Of a DNA stretch of 64,000 nucleotides, positions 19,311-29,610 are shown in pieces. Every line of letters begins with the position of its first letter. Within the stretch, counting starts at the first letter, position 1. This DNA is from Macrostomum lignano (lineage: Eukaryota), in assembly GCA_002269645.1 (NCBI GenBank), contig NIVC01002521.1, positions 62,001 to 126,000 on the forward strand, given 5' to 3'. A program made the position numbers and the translations under genes. The notes under the pieces were generated by a model. It saw nothing but the letters and a program-made list of their open reading frames with translations. It was not told where the DNA came from and searched no databases.

Positions 19311-21119
19311 ATTTTCGGTAATAACGGGCACGATAGCTCGAACCCCACTGCCTCAGGGCTAAAGATTGGCCACCTAAACTGCAGGGGGGTAATACCGAAA
19401 CTAAAAGAACTCAGGCTCTGGGTCTCAGATCAGAAATTGGATATTGCATTGTTCTCTGAGACCATCCTGAAAAATACCCAAGTATGCACTTTCCCGGGCT
19501 ATGCTGCAGTGCGGTTTGACCTTCCGAATACGAAGCGCGGACTCCTCCTTGTTCACACCCCACGGGTTAAGGTAGCTGACGTCCAGCTCTCGTATGACAA
19601 CATCAACCACGAGGTCCTTACCTGCACAGTCACTCCTGTTGACGGCGCATGTCCTCCTTTCCAACTATCTCTGGTCTATCGGTCCCCGTCGCCGGATAAC
19701 CTCGACACTGCACTCTTGACGAGGCTGTCCTCGGCTAAATACTCGCTCATCATGGGAGACCTCAACGCTAGACACAGCTTCTTGGGTGGTGAAAGTCGCA
19801 ACAACAGAGCAGGGCAGCAGCTCCATGATTGGCTATGCGGCGATCCATCCCACCGCCCCACCGTTCTCAACCAACCAGGCCAGTTCACTAGAATAGCCCA
19901 CCGGCAAGGCGTTGTGTCCCGGAATGTGCTTGACCTTGGGTTAGCCTCCGGTGACCTCGTCCCATATGTCCAAGACTTTAAAGTGGGCTCTGACCTGGAC
20001 AGTGACCATCTCCCAATCATACTCACCCTGGCGAGTAACTCTCCAGATTGGCAAGGGCCGGAGAAGGCTAGGAACTTTGCCAAGGCAAACTGGGATGAGT
20101 TCCAAAACTCTTTGATGGAAAAACTGGTACATGCGTGGCCTCCAGACCTTAGTACTAGGCAGCAGATTGATGCGGAGGTCGACATCATCACAAACGCGAT
20201 CCAGAAAACCATCGAGGACAATGTCCCGGTTAGAAACAGCCGTAGAGCCCTCCCCCAGAGGATCATTGCCATGATCAAGGAGAGGAGGAGGCTCCGGCGT
20301 CAGTACCACAGTACCAGGGACGACAATTTTAGGCTGCTCGCGAATAGAAAGGCGAAAGAAATAAAAAGCGCTATTCATTCGTTTGAACAAGGCCAGTTTA
20401 CCCAAATGTGCGAGAAAATAGTTGAAAAAAGTCAATGCCGGAATGTCAAGGACTTCTGGCAGGACACAAAAAAATTGATGGGGCCTAAGAAGGGCACCAC
20501 TATCCCGTCCTTAAATGATGGCGCCACCCTCGCACATACTGACTCAGACAAAGCTGATATGCTAGCGAGAGCACTAGATGCCAAAATGCGCCCGATGCCA
20601 TCGACTGACGAGGATCTGAAGAAGAGGGTTGAGCAGGCTATGAAGCTCCCCATCTTTAGACCAGTCCCCTCGGGCGTAGATCCACACATGGGCCACCCCC
20701 TGGAGGCTCCTTTTTCTGTTACAGACACCCTCTGGTAGCTGGACCACCTAAAAGTTGATAGTGCTCCGGGCCTGGACAAAGTTCCGAACTGCGTCCTTAA
20801 ATATGGCCTGGAGCCTATAGCAGTCACCCGCATCACTTAACTCTTTAATGATTGCTATCGTACGGGCATCTTCCCATCGCAGTGGAAAAAAGCGGTGGTG
20901 ACGATGATTCCTAAACCTGACAAACCTCCTGAATCCCCGAGATCCTATCGGCCCATCAGCCTGACCTCCTGCCTCGGCAAGGTGTTCGAGAAGTTATTGG
21001 TGAGGAGGCTGATGAAGCATCTTGAGGGCCAGGCTATCCTCGGCGCGGATCAATGTGCGTACCGGAAGGTTCACTCAACTTATGATAACCTTGTCCGCCT
21101 CGTCCAAGACGTCCAGGTG
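19311..21119 (+). pseudogene. LINE A2 ORF2, 5' part (APE plus N-terminal RT)
   Basis: ATT in place of ATG at 19311; APE motifs; stops at 20736 and about 20837; interrupted at VQV by the transposon. Confidence 0.92.
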
Positions 21120-24100
21120 CACAGCGCGCAGGAGCTGCGTGTAAGGGTTAAAAAAATCAAGTACAAAGCGACCTGCTTTATTGTGTTCACCATTACCTGG
21201 TAAGTATTTTTCTAGAGTTTTTAAAAAATCTGCCGATGTCAAGCTCCACAATCAGTAAATTATTTAATTAGCATTAATTGCATGGCGAAAGGTCTAAACA
21301 AGTCATGATTTTTATCCAAGGACCATTGATTTTTTAAGCTAGGGTCGTTGCACTATTACATGCATGTTATGTATAGTGTATTATATAATTTTTGTGACAG
21401 TTTATTGTATAAATTCGTGTGCATAGCCTAGAATTGGAAACAATTTATAGTGTTAAATAAATAGAAAGTAAGTTACACATAGTAATAGAAAAGTATAACT
21501 AAAAAACAGTAAGAAATACAGATAGGCGACAAATTTATGTCTTTTCAAATTGTAGAAAATAATTTTAGTTCTTGGTGTAGCCACAGTTGGAGTAAAGCTG
21601 AGAGAAAATTTGTGGCAGAATGTCCATAGACTATTTCGTGCCATGAGAGTCTAAAACACTGCATGACATGAGAAGCCTTGCTGTGAAGTTTCAGGGGTTG
21701 ATTTGTCTATGACCAGACCTCAAAATAGAGAGCTCCAACTGTAACCTCACCAAAAATTAAACAAAAAACCTGAATTTGTCCCCTATTTGTCAAAACAAGA
21801 CTTCTGGTGCACCAATCGGTTTTAAAGTAACTCGGATATTATTGCACCTTCAACAGAACTGCTTACAGCACAGTAGCCCATTTTACAGATGCCGCGAGCT
21901 GTACACCGTGATGCACCTAAGCAAACGCCGAGCATACTCCGGATGAGTTGCATCCACCTTGAAGCGTTGACTCCACATGTCGCTGAAGTCGCGATGTGCC
22001 GACTCCATCGCCTGCTCAGACCAAAACCCAAGGCCTCGGCGACACCCATATTGTACTGCCATCGCTTCCAAAAACTGCGGCACGTGGTCAATGAGGGCAT
22101 GGGCCTTCGGAGTGATGTTGATGGCCAGAGCGTGGTATGCCGCCTCGAACTCTTTGACTGCTGTATCATAGCCTTCAAGCAGTTGTTGGCCGAAGCACTT
22201 CTGCTGGACAGCTCGCAGGCAGCTGAATGCATGGGCGACAGGCACTCCGCTGAAGGCAGCATGGTCAGCGAGGATCTGGCGCAGGCTGTCGACTCCACCA
22301 AGCAGTCGGTCGCACTCATTGCCATTGAACTGGCTGCCGTGATACGGTGAGCGCCGTACGTGAAGAGCCTCAGCCCACTGTGCACCACGGACTCCGTCGG
22401 GACCCAATGCTGTCAGGCGCTGCTCAAGCTCGTCGTACAGCCTGTTGACAAGGCCTAGCAGCAGGTGGAGCTCCATGGGTGGCACGGCTTCTAGCGTGTT
22501 TGAACTGTCTGGCCAATTCAGCAGTGGTTGCCTGATGCAGTTGTGGAATGGCTCTCCTGATGGCTTTGAGCTTCGTTGCCCCTCGATGCGCTGATACTGG
22601 GCAGCTTGGCTGCGAATAGAGCCAAAAGTCCGCAATCTGACACTGCGATGGGGATTGGCGAACTCTTTTCGAGGCGTCTCGCACCACGGGCAGGGATGGG
22701 CGCTGCTGGCGCTCTGCAGTCCAAGAAGCACATTTGCAAGTTTCATGTCCACGGAGCTGCAGAAAGACACGTCTTCTAGGTTCAGCAGATTGAGCACAGT
22801 TTGCACGTTCTCATAGTACTCCGGTACTTTTTCAACTGCTGCGATAATCAATAGCTTCCTTACACCACCTTCGGCAAAAGGGCTGCTGCCGGCCTCGGTG
22901 ACACCGCCTAGTAGAACAGATGACTGCTCCCCGGACCGGACCAATGTCATGCAAACTTTAAAAAAGCCGCGTCCTCCATCAATACCAATCTTAAGCAGGA
23001 AGCTGCCAGGATCAGGATCCATTCTCCGCCGTGCCAGCACGTAGCCCACCAAGCCAGAGACGTTGGAGCAGAACACAACAGTCCGCGTTTCAAATTCGCC
23101 CGTGCTGCAACGGACTGGGACTGACTCTGTTGCATAAAATGGATCCAACTCGCTATTCAATTCTGCCAGGCGATGCAGGAGGTTTGGCTCGATCGAACTG
23201 CGACCCTTCCACTCACGGAAGAACTGGGCCGCCTGTCTGGTTTGCCGACCACTCAAACCGATCGCATCCTGCATCCTGGCAATCTCACTAGCCGGCACTG
23301 ATTTGTCACCAAATGCACCCGCGGAGCACCTGCTACTCTGAGCGGACACGCTTAGCGTGATTGGGCGGCCTCGAGTTGCCAGCCGAATAGGCGAATCGCC
23401 ACCTGCGTCTGTTAACTTGGCTTTGAGGACGTCACTAGCATGAATTTCTGAACCACGCGGATCACGTGACAGCTCAGAGCAGATGTTATTTAGCCAGCGA
23501 GATTGCGTACAGGTGTGGCTAAGACCCCTGCCAATGGTGGAGTGACATCTCTGGCAGATGGTGATGGGACGAGCAGGTGGCACCTCCTTGTTTGGCGAAT
23601 CGGTTTTCGGTCTGCCAAGGCGATGCGGCTCCGGCTTCCAGGTGCCGAGTCCTTTGCCGATTGGACTTTCTCTGGCAATCTCACAGAGACAGCAGCTGCA
23701 CTTCGGGTGGCCCCTTGTTTCCTTTGTCGGTACGACTTTTGAAAAATCAAAAGGGGCAGGAAGAGCTTCAGAAGTTCGATTCCCCCGTTCAATATCCAGC
23801 AGCAGACCCTGGCATCGAGCACACAGAGCAGCTGGGAGAAACTCGTTCTTCAAATCGTAGTTTGCATAAAAGTACCGCTGGATGCGAGGTAGAGCTGCTT
23901 TGCCAATGCGCTGCATGCCTGACCCGCGCTTAAAGCACACAATGCAGACCTTCAGCCGGTTCTCTTCGTGAGATTTTGAGTAGTTTGGCATGGTGGTGTT
24001 CAGTTCAAGGCTTTTCAATTCCTAAATGCTGAGATGAGCTGATTTATGATAAATTAATCATTTATATAGCTCAAAAACAAAAAATCTGCCTGTCTGAGAG

Positions 24101-24491
24101 TGACGCTAAATGCACTCCATTTTTTCGGTGACGCAACTGACGCTACACTGATAGAGGTTGATCATGCGCACTTAGGGGTGTACGGCGCCTCAGCTTTCGC
24201 TATTCGTCATGCATGTACACTGTGCCTTGGGGCTTGGGGGTACGCACTCATGGGTGTGTATTTTGCCTTTAATTTAAAAAATCAATGGTCCTTGGATAAA
24301 AATCATGACTTGTTTAGACCTTTCGCCATGCAATTAATGCTAATTGAATAATTTACTGATTATGGAGCTTGACATCGGCAGATTTTTTAAAAACTCTAGA
24401 AAAATACTTACCAGGTAATGGTGAACACAATAAAGCAGGTCGCTTTGTACTTGATTTTTTTAACCCTTACACGCAGCTCCTGCGCGCTGTG
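21120..24491 (-). mobile_element. Chapaev/Transib-like (RAG1-fold DDE) DNA transposon, copy 1, 3372 bp
   Basis: 218-bp TIRs beginning CACAGCG (21120-21337 and 24274-24491), 5-bp duplication AGGTG; removing the element restores the LINE RT frame. Confidence 0.92.
21883..23991 (-). CDS. DDE transposase, 702 aa from the first ATG
   Basis: N-terminal H-x7-CxxC...CxxC Zn motif; KIGIDGG, DMKLANVLLG..HPCPWC, MELHLLLG, FNGNEC, ITPKAH..HVP, SEQAMESAH, matching the Transib/RAG1/Chapaev motif order. Confidence 0.9.
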   Translation of the reverse strand: MPNYSKSHEENRLKVCIVCFKRGSGMQRIGKAALPRIQRYFYANYDLKNEFLPAALCARCQGLLLDIERGNRTSEALPAPFDFSKVVPTKETRGHPKCSCCLCEIARESPIGKGLGTWKPEPHRLGRPKTDSPNKEVPPARPITICQRCHSTIGRGLSHTCTQSRWLNNICSELSRDPRGSEIHASDVLKAKLTDAGGDSPIRLATRGRPITLSVSAQSSRCSAGAFGDKSVPASEIARMQDAIGLSGRQTRQAAQFFREWKGRSSIEPNLLHRLAELNSELDPFYATESVPVRCSTGEFETRTVVFCSNVSGLVGYVLARRRMDPDPGSFLLKIGIDGGRGFFKVCMTLVRSGEQSSVLLGGVTEAGSSPFAEGGVRKLLIIAAVEKVPEYYENVQTVLNLLNLEDVSFCSSVDMKLANVLLGLQSASSAHPCPWCETPRKEFANPHRSVRLRTFGSIRSQAAQYQRIEGQRSSKPSGEPFHNCIRQPLLNWPDSSNTLEAVPPMELHLLLGLVNRLYDELEQRLTALGPDGVRGAQWAEALHVRRSPYHGSQFNGNECDRLLGGVDSLRQILADHAAFSGVPVAHAFSCLRAVQQKCFGQQLLEGYDTAVKEFEAAYHALAINITPKAHALIDHVPQFLEAMAVQYGCRRGLGFWSEQAMESAHRDFSDMWSQRFKVDATHPEYARRLLRCITVYSSRHL

Positions 24492-25148
24492 AGGTGGGCA
24501 AAGCTAAACTAAAAAGGATTCTGGCCATCCTCCTTGACGTGCAAGCGGCGTTCGACTCAGTGTGGTATGACTACCTGAGGTTCAGGATGCATGAAGTCAG
24601 CACGCCGGACGCCCTCGTCAGGATCTGCTCTGACTACCTAGCAGACAGGCTAATGCAGGTGAAGGTAAATGGGGAGCTCAGCCAGCCGTACGAACTACAG
24701 GCGGGCGTCCCCCAGGGTGGCATTCTGAGCCCCTTCCTGTACCTGCTCTTTATCAGCACCATGCCTCGGCCAATACAACCAAACCTCAAGCGAAGCCAAT
24801 TTGCCGACGATATGGCCATTTGGGCCTCGGCGGACTCCTTTGCTGGCCTCAAGACACTCCTGCAACCCTACCTGGACCGCGTGTGGAAGTGGTGTGGGGG
24901 GCAGGGGATAAAGATCAACGCCAGCAAGAGTCAGGTAATCGCTTTCAATTATAAGCCAACTCAGCGACTCGATCTTCGCCCCAAGCTGAAACTTGGAGGC
25001 ACGAGTCTTGAATACCAAGAAGAGGTCCGGTTCCTTGGCATGAACCTGGACTATCGGCTGACCCTTAACTCGCATGTTGAAAGAGTAGTCAGCCACGGCC
25101 GGGCGCTTGCCCTATCCATCAACCGCATTGCCAAGCTGACCCGGCTAT
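24492..25148 (+). pseudogene. LINE A2 ORF2, 3' part (RT core, C-terminus deleted)
   Basis: LDVQAAFDSVW, GVPQGGILSP, QFADD; jumps into the 3'UTR after AKLTRL. Confidence 0.92.
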
Positions 25149-25560
25149 TTCACACCCCAAATGCTTTTATTTATGGACCTACCATTGTACATATTACAAA
25201 TAACAAACTAAATTATTTTATTGCCTGGCTACTACTTAAAGTAGTCATATTTAACTATTGCCAATATTTTTTTTAGTACTTTAAATTTTCATCCAATAAT
25301 GCGTGCACTACCCCTACAGTATGGTCCAGATCTTTGTGAGGACCCCCTCTATTCAGAATTCCCCCTATTTTAGTGCAAAATATTCTTAATGTAACAAAAT
25401 GTAAATATTTTATTTTATATACCAAATAGTAAACATTAACTCGTTTTTTAATACTTCGCAAACTAAATTCGCCTCTATATTTTTAAATAAATCGGCAGAG
25501 CCCATCTCGGGCTGATCCGAGGGTGCCCCAATTTTCACCCACTCGTTTAACAACAACAAC

Positions 25561-25571
25561 AAAGACGGTCT
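25561..25571 (+). other. Target remnant AAAGACGGTCT (putative SL exon 5' part)
   Basis: Directly follows the (AAC)4 tail; identical 11-mer at 25925 and 27228. Confidence 0.75.
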
Positions 25572-25924
25572 TCCGTAGGTTTAGGAGTAACTCCTCACTC
25601 GGACCGCTTTCTTAGCATTTCGCTCTCCAAATTCTGTTTTTTCGCGCACTCCCGAGGACCTGTCTGCTGGGGGGTGGCCTGGGTGGACTCGGTCCTAGCA
25701 CCGTCCCTGATTCCACTGTTGGTTTGGCGGTGTCTTGTACCATAGACTTGAGGTCCCTCGCCCTTTCCCTAGCTCTAATGCTGGGGCCCAACTAAATTGG
25801 TGATTGGGTATCTCGGGTTCACAGTCTTATCTGTGCCCTTGGTAGTGCCCTCTGCGGCAGAGCCCCTCCCAGGGCTGATCCGCGGGTAGCCCCGTAGCTT
25901 CCCACCCCGTTTAACAACAACAAC
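25572..25924 (+). mobile_element. Short 3'-end-only LINE copy E1
   Basis: Clearly homologous to 26875-27227; same terminal hairpins and (AAC)4 tail. Confidence 0.85.
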
Positions 25925-25937
25925 AAAGACGGTCTCT

Positions 25938-27227
25938 GACTGTTCTTACCCTGGTTGCCTCTCTGGCAGCTTGTCTAAGGGTTGTGCGCAATCCGATTGG
26001 CTATGCCAATTTCTAAGGGTCCGCCCCGGAGCGGCTGTGCCCATCTAAAAATAAACCCTATTTTTCTTAGGTGTACATTCCAAATCTGGCCCTCGGCCTT
26101 GGTTTAGGGGGGGTGGTGCCCGGAGTGAGTTGGTTCTCTGGACTGCAGTGTGGCTAGGACGGGACTGAGCCCCCCGGTCGAACCCGCCCTGCAGGAAAGA
26201 AAATGACCAATTCACAAAGGTGTACGGTAGACCCAGTAGCATGCCAGCCCTGAGGCTGAGCACCCGGGCTGCAGGCCGGCAAGCTGCCTGCTTTAGGGCT
26301 ATGGTGCTCCTCCCCACTGCCATTCTTTTTTTCTGAACTGGCATCCCAGCGCTGTTTTATCCCTAGCTTTGTGCCTTTGTGGCTTTTATTATTTTATTCT
26401 TTTATCTGGCCACTAGAAGCCTTCCAATCTACGGAGTTTTGAGCTCTGCCCTTGCCCGGTCCATCTTGCCCTGTCCTCGGGTCCATCTCCTGGCTCCTGC
26501 TGAAAGGTCCCTGCTTGCGTGTCTCTGGCTCTCATCCTGACAGTGGATTGGTGTCCTGGGAAGGATGTTCGTCCCGAACCGGGGACAACCGGCTGAGTCC
26601 GGAGTCCTCTTGCCCTGGGTGCCTCTTCTCCCGACCCCTTGGCCTGGCCCCCAATAATGAGCTGGATAGGCGATGCCCTTGGGCTGGTAGCAATAGAGGT
26701 GGACGGTCTTCCCGCCTGGAGTCTCCCCCTCGGATACAAGCCTTCCAGACTCACTCCAAAATAGAGCTGGGTAGTGAAAAGCCTTGAGGCTTGAGGCCTA
26801 CAGTTGCGAGATGCTGTATAGGATCGCTCTTGGTAATTAGCTGCCCAGACTCGCTCCAATAGTTTAAGCCTTTTCCGTAGGTTTAGGAGTAGCTCCTCAC
26901 TCGGACCGCTTTCTTAGTAGCTTTTCGCTCTCCAATTTTTCTGCGCACTCCCGAGGACTCGCTAGCTGGGGGGGTGGCCTGGATGGACTCGGTCCTAGCA
27001 CCGTCCCTGATTCCACTGTTTGGGTTGGCGGTGTCTTGTACCGTAGGCTTGGGTCAACTCGCCCTTTCCCTAGCTTTGAGCTGGGTCCAATCCCAATGTA
27101 TTCAAGGGGTATCTCGGGCCCTGGACAGCTAATGCCTTGGCCCCTGGTAGTGCCCCCCAGCGGCAGAGCCCACCCCGGGCTAATCCGCGGGTAGCCAAGC
27201 TTCCCACCCTCGTTCAACAACAACAAC
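25938..27227 (+). mobile_element. 3'UTR-only LINE copy E2 (subfamily E, GC-rich UTR, no coding remnant)
   Basis: Lies between two AAAGACGGTCT remnants; terminal hairpins and (AAC)4 tail. Confidence 0.8.
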
Positions 27228-27238
27228 AAAGACGGTCT

Positions 27239-29610
27239 GGAGTATTACCCGAATATGCTCCGTAGCGTAGCCGCCGATGTCTATGACCGGCTGATCCAAG
27301 ACCTCCTGCCTATCGCTATACGTCACCGGCCTCAGGAACAGCGACGAGTGGTTTGGTTTGAGCCGGAGTACTCTTACTCTGGAGTTCCGCTCGGTGCCAA
27401 CAAAAAATGGCACCCGCTAGTTGAAGACATGAGAGACTACCTCGAGCTCAACGCGGACATTGGTGCACCAAAATTTAATAGCTGCCTCATAAACTTTTAT
27501 GAAACGGCTGATGAATGCATACCTTTCCACGCCGATAATGAACCCGAACTCGGCAGGGACCCGTTCATCGCTACGGTCTCCTTCGGTGCAGTACGCCAAT
27601 TTCTAATTAAGAACAATGAGGACCAGCGAATAGTGGCGCAATTCGAGACAAAGCCCGGCTCAGTGATAGTAATGTCCGGGGCATGCCAACGCAAATGTAA
27701 GCACAGTGTCCCAGGAGTCGGCGTCCAGGAGGGTGTACGCATTTCTCTCACCTTTAGGGTGACATATCCACCTAGCGTCGGCACACCGGGGCACGGAGGC
27801 TCGACCGCGGCAGCAGCACCCGTCGTGCAAGGGCCTGGCAGAGGCGGGGCGGACTCCGGTCCTGCTACGCCGGGCCCCCGGACGAGCGCGGCGACCGGGC
27901 AACCAGGCAGCAGTGGGGCGGCCGGCGCGCCCGGCCCTGCTGCGCTTGGCAGACCCCGCAACCGGGACCAAGTCCAAGACCAAAGCGGCAACGTTGGTGC
28001 GGGGCGCGGTGGCGCAGCACAGCGGTCCAACGATCAAGGGCGCTCCTATGCGTCAGCTGCGGGTCAAGGCAAAAATAAAAACAATCAAAATAATAATATT
28101 AATAATAGTAATGCTGTACCTGGCCGACAGAACGTTGTTCCCGTCGTATTTACCTTCGACGGCGACACCGGCGACAGCAACTTCTCCCAAATTAACTTTC
28201 TAAAGTGGTTGGCGGCTAATTTTCAGGGCAACGCCCGAGCCACGCTGACCAGGCCAACTAGCTCGAAGAACGGCTACCTAGTTTTCCCAGCGACGCCCAG
28301 AGATCATCAGATCTTCCTTCGAGGGCAGCTGAGGGAGCCAAACTTCAATGGCGTAGCGGTCAACCGTAGGCTGCCAAACGCCAGACCAACGCATAATAGA
28401 CCCGCTAACCGGCCACCTCCAGTCCAATCGGTGCACTCCGTGGTTGTCCGGGGAGTGCCGGTTGAGATCGAGATGCCGGCATTCATCCAGCACCTGCGGG
28501 AGGACGTCGGTTTGAAGGTCATCTCAGCAAGCCGCATTACGTCGCGTGCACGCAATGAGCCGACCCACCTCGTCCGCCTATTCTTACCTAACAAAGCCAC
28601 TGCGGACGCTTGCCTAGCAATGGGCATCGTTTCGCAGTTCACGACGTATTCCTGCGAACCCAGCAAGACAGCTGCTCCGGCAAGGGCGCTCCAGTGCCGC
28701 AAATGCCAGCGCTTCGGCCACAGCGCGAACAGGTGCCGTTCTGCTCCGCGCTGCAACATCTGTGCGGCGGCGCATCGCTGGCAAGAGTGCCCGAACCCGG
28801 AGGTAGCAAAGTGTGCAAACTGTGGCGAAGCCCATCGTGCTAACCACAGGAACTGTCCGGTAGCTGCTGAGAAGCACAGCCAGGCGGCCCGGCGAGCTGC
28901 AGCCTTTCAAGCCGGCGCCCGGGAAGCCATGGCAGCAGCAGCTCCGCCACAGGCACAAGCAGCAGCAGTAACTGAGCGAGCTGCACCAATAGTAACGTCG
29001 GCGGCGACGGCAGCAGCAGCAGCAGCAGCGCCACCCGCCCCTGCACCACGACCAGCCCTGGCGACGGCGTCAAGACTGACCGAGACCGCTGCGCGGGCGA
29101 CAACGGCCACGGGGGGCACTGACGACGACTCGTCCTGGCTAACCGGCCCCGGCCTCCCTGGTCGAAAGCGCCCTTTGCGCGACTTGGTCGACTCCGTGAC
29201 CCAGACGCAGCCGCCAAGTGACCAGATGCCGAAAAATGACCTGCCACCAAATATGCTAGATGCAATTGAAGCTATGGTGAGTGGGCTCTTTCCCAGACTG
29301 GTTCAAGCGCTCGTAGAGGTGCTTACGATCCTCTTGCCGGGCCGGGCCGAACGGCCGCCTACTACTGAAGGCACCGGTCAAACGATGCAGGACGTAGTAG
29401 GTAGGGTTCTGATTCGGGCCCTAGCAGGAGGGTCGGAAGGTCACCAAGGTCTCGGCCAGCTGCTTGGCGCCCCTCGGCGACAGGCGGACGGCCGTACCTA
29501 GAATGAAACAAAACAACAATGTTCGGTAGTAACGGGCAGAACAGCTCCAACCCCACTGCCTCAGGGCTCAAGATCGCCCACCTAAATTGCAGGGGGATAA
29601 TACCAAAACT
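27239..29610 (+). mobile_element. LINE copy B2 (5'-truncated at the start of AlkB; cut off at the start of ORF2)
   Basis: Starts at LEYYPNM; ORF2 stub from ATG 29519 ends abruptly at 29610. Confidence 0.9.
27255..29501 (+). CDS. LINE ORF1p, open 748-aa frame (AlkB-like domain plus subfamily-B gag)
   Basis: FHADNEPELG, KHSVPG, RISLTFR; CRKCQRFGHSANRC, CNICAAAHRWQEC, CANCGEAHRANHRNC; the true N-terminus is lost by truncation. Confidence 0.9.
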   Translation: MLRSVAADVYDRLIQDLLPIAIRHRPQEQRRVVWFEPEYSYSGVPLGANKKWHPLVEDMRDYLELNADIGAPKFNSCLINFYETADECIPFHADNEPELGRDPFIATVSFGAVRQFLIKNNEDQRIVAQFETKPGSVIVMSGACQRKCKHSVPGVGVQEGVRISLTFRVTYPPSVGTPGHGGSTAAAAPVVQGPGRGGADSGPATPGPRTSAATGQPGSSGAAGAPGPAALGRPRNRDQVQDQSGNVGAGRGGAAQRSNDQGRSYASAAGQGKNKNNQNNNINNSNAVPGRQNVVPVVFTFDGDTGDSNFSQINFLKWLAANFQGNARATLTRPTSSKNGYLVFPATPRDHQIFLRGQLREPNFNGVAVNRRLPNARPTHNRPANRPPPVQSVHSVVVRGVPVEIEMPAFIQHLREDVGLKVISASRITSRARNEPTHLVRLFLPNKATADACLAMGIVSQFTTYSCEPSKTAAPARALQCRKCQRFGHSANRCRSAPRCNICAAAHRWQECPNPEVAKCANCGEAHRANHRNCPVAAEKHSQAARRAAAFQAGAREAMAAAAPPQAQAAAVTERAAPIVTSAATAAAAAAAPPAPAPRPALATASRLTETAARATTATGGTDDDSSWLTGPGLPGRKRPLRDLVDSVTQTQPPSDQMPKNDLPPNMLDAIEAMVSGLFPRLVQALVEVLTILLPGRAERPPTTEGTGQTMQDVVGRVLIRALAGGSEGHQGLGQLLGAPRRQADGRT

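Larger units (their letters stand above)
16200..25560 (+). mobile_element. LINE copy A2 (apparently full-length 5' end; ORF2 disrupted by DNA transposon)
   Basis: Complete ORF1, ORF2 split at 21119/24492, terminal hairpins and (AAC)4 tail at 25492-25560; 5' boundary approximate. Confidence 0.9.

Noticed and set aside
21822-23933. Many short overlapping ORFs within the transposase and LINE coding regions
   Set aside because: Shadow frames of GC-rich coding sequence with no independent motifs.
24404-24420. ATACTTACCAGG resembling the U1 snRNA 5' end
   Set aside because: Lies inside the transposon TIR; the rest of U1 is absent.
1071-29610. Telomeric HeT-A/TART-like array
   Set aside because: No telomeric repeats, non-array sequence on both sides, and a constant target remnant at junctions.
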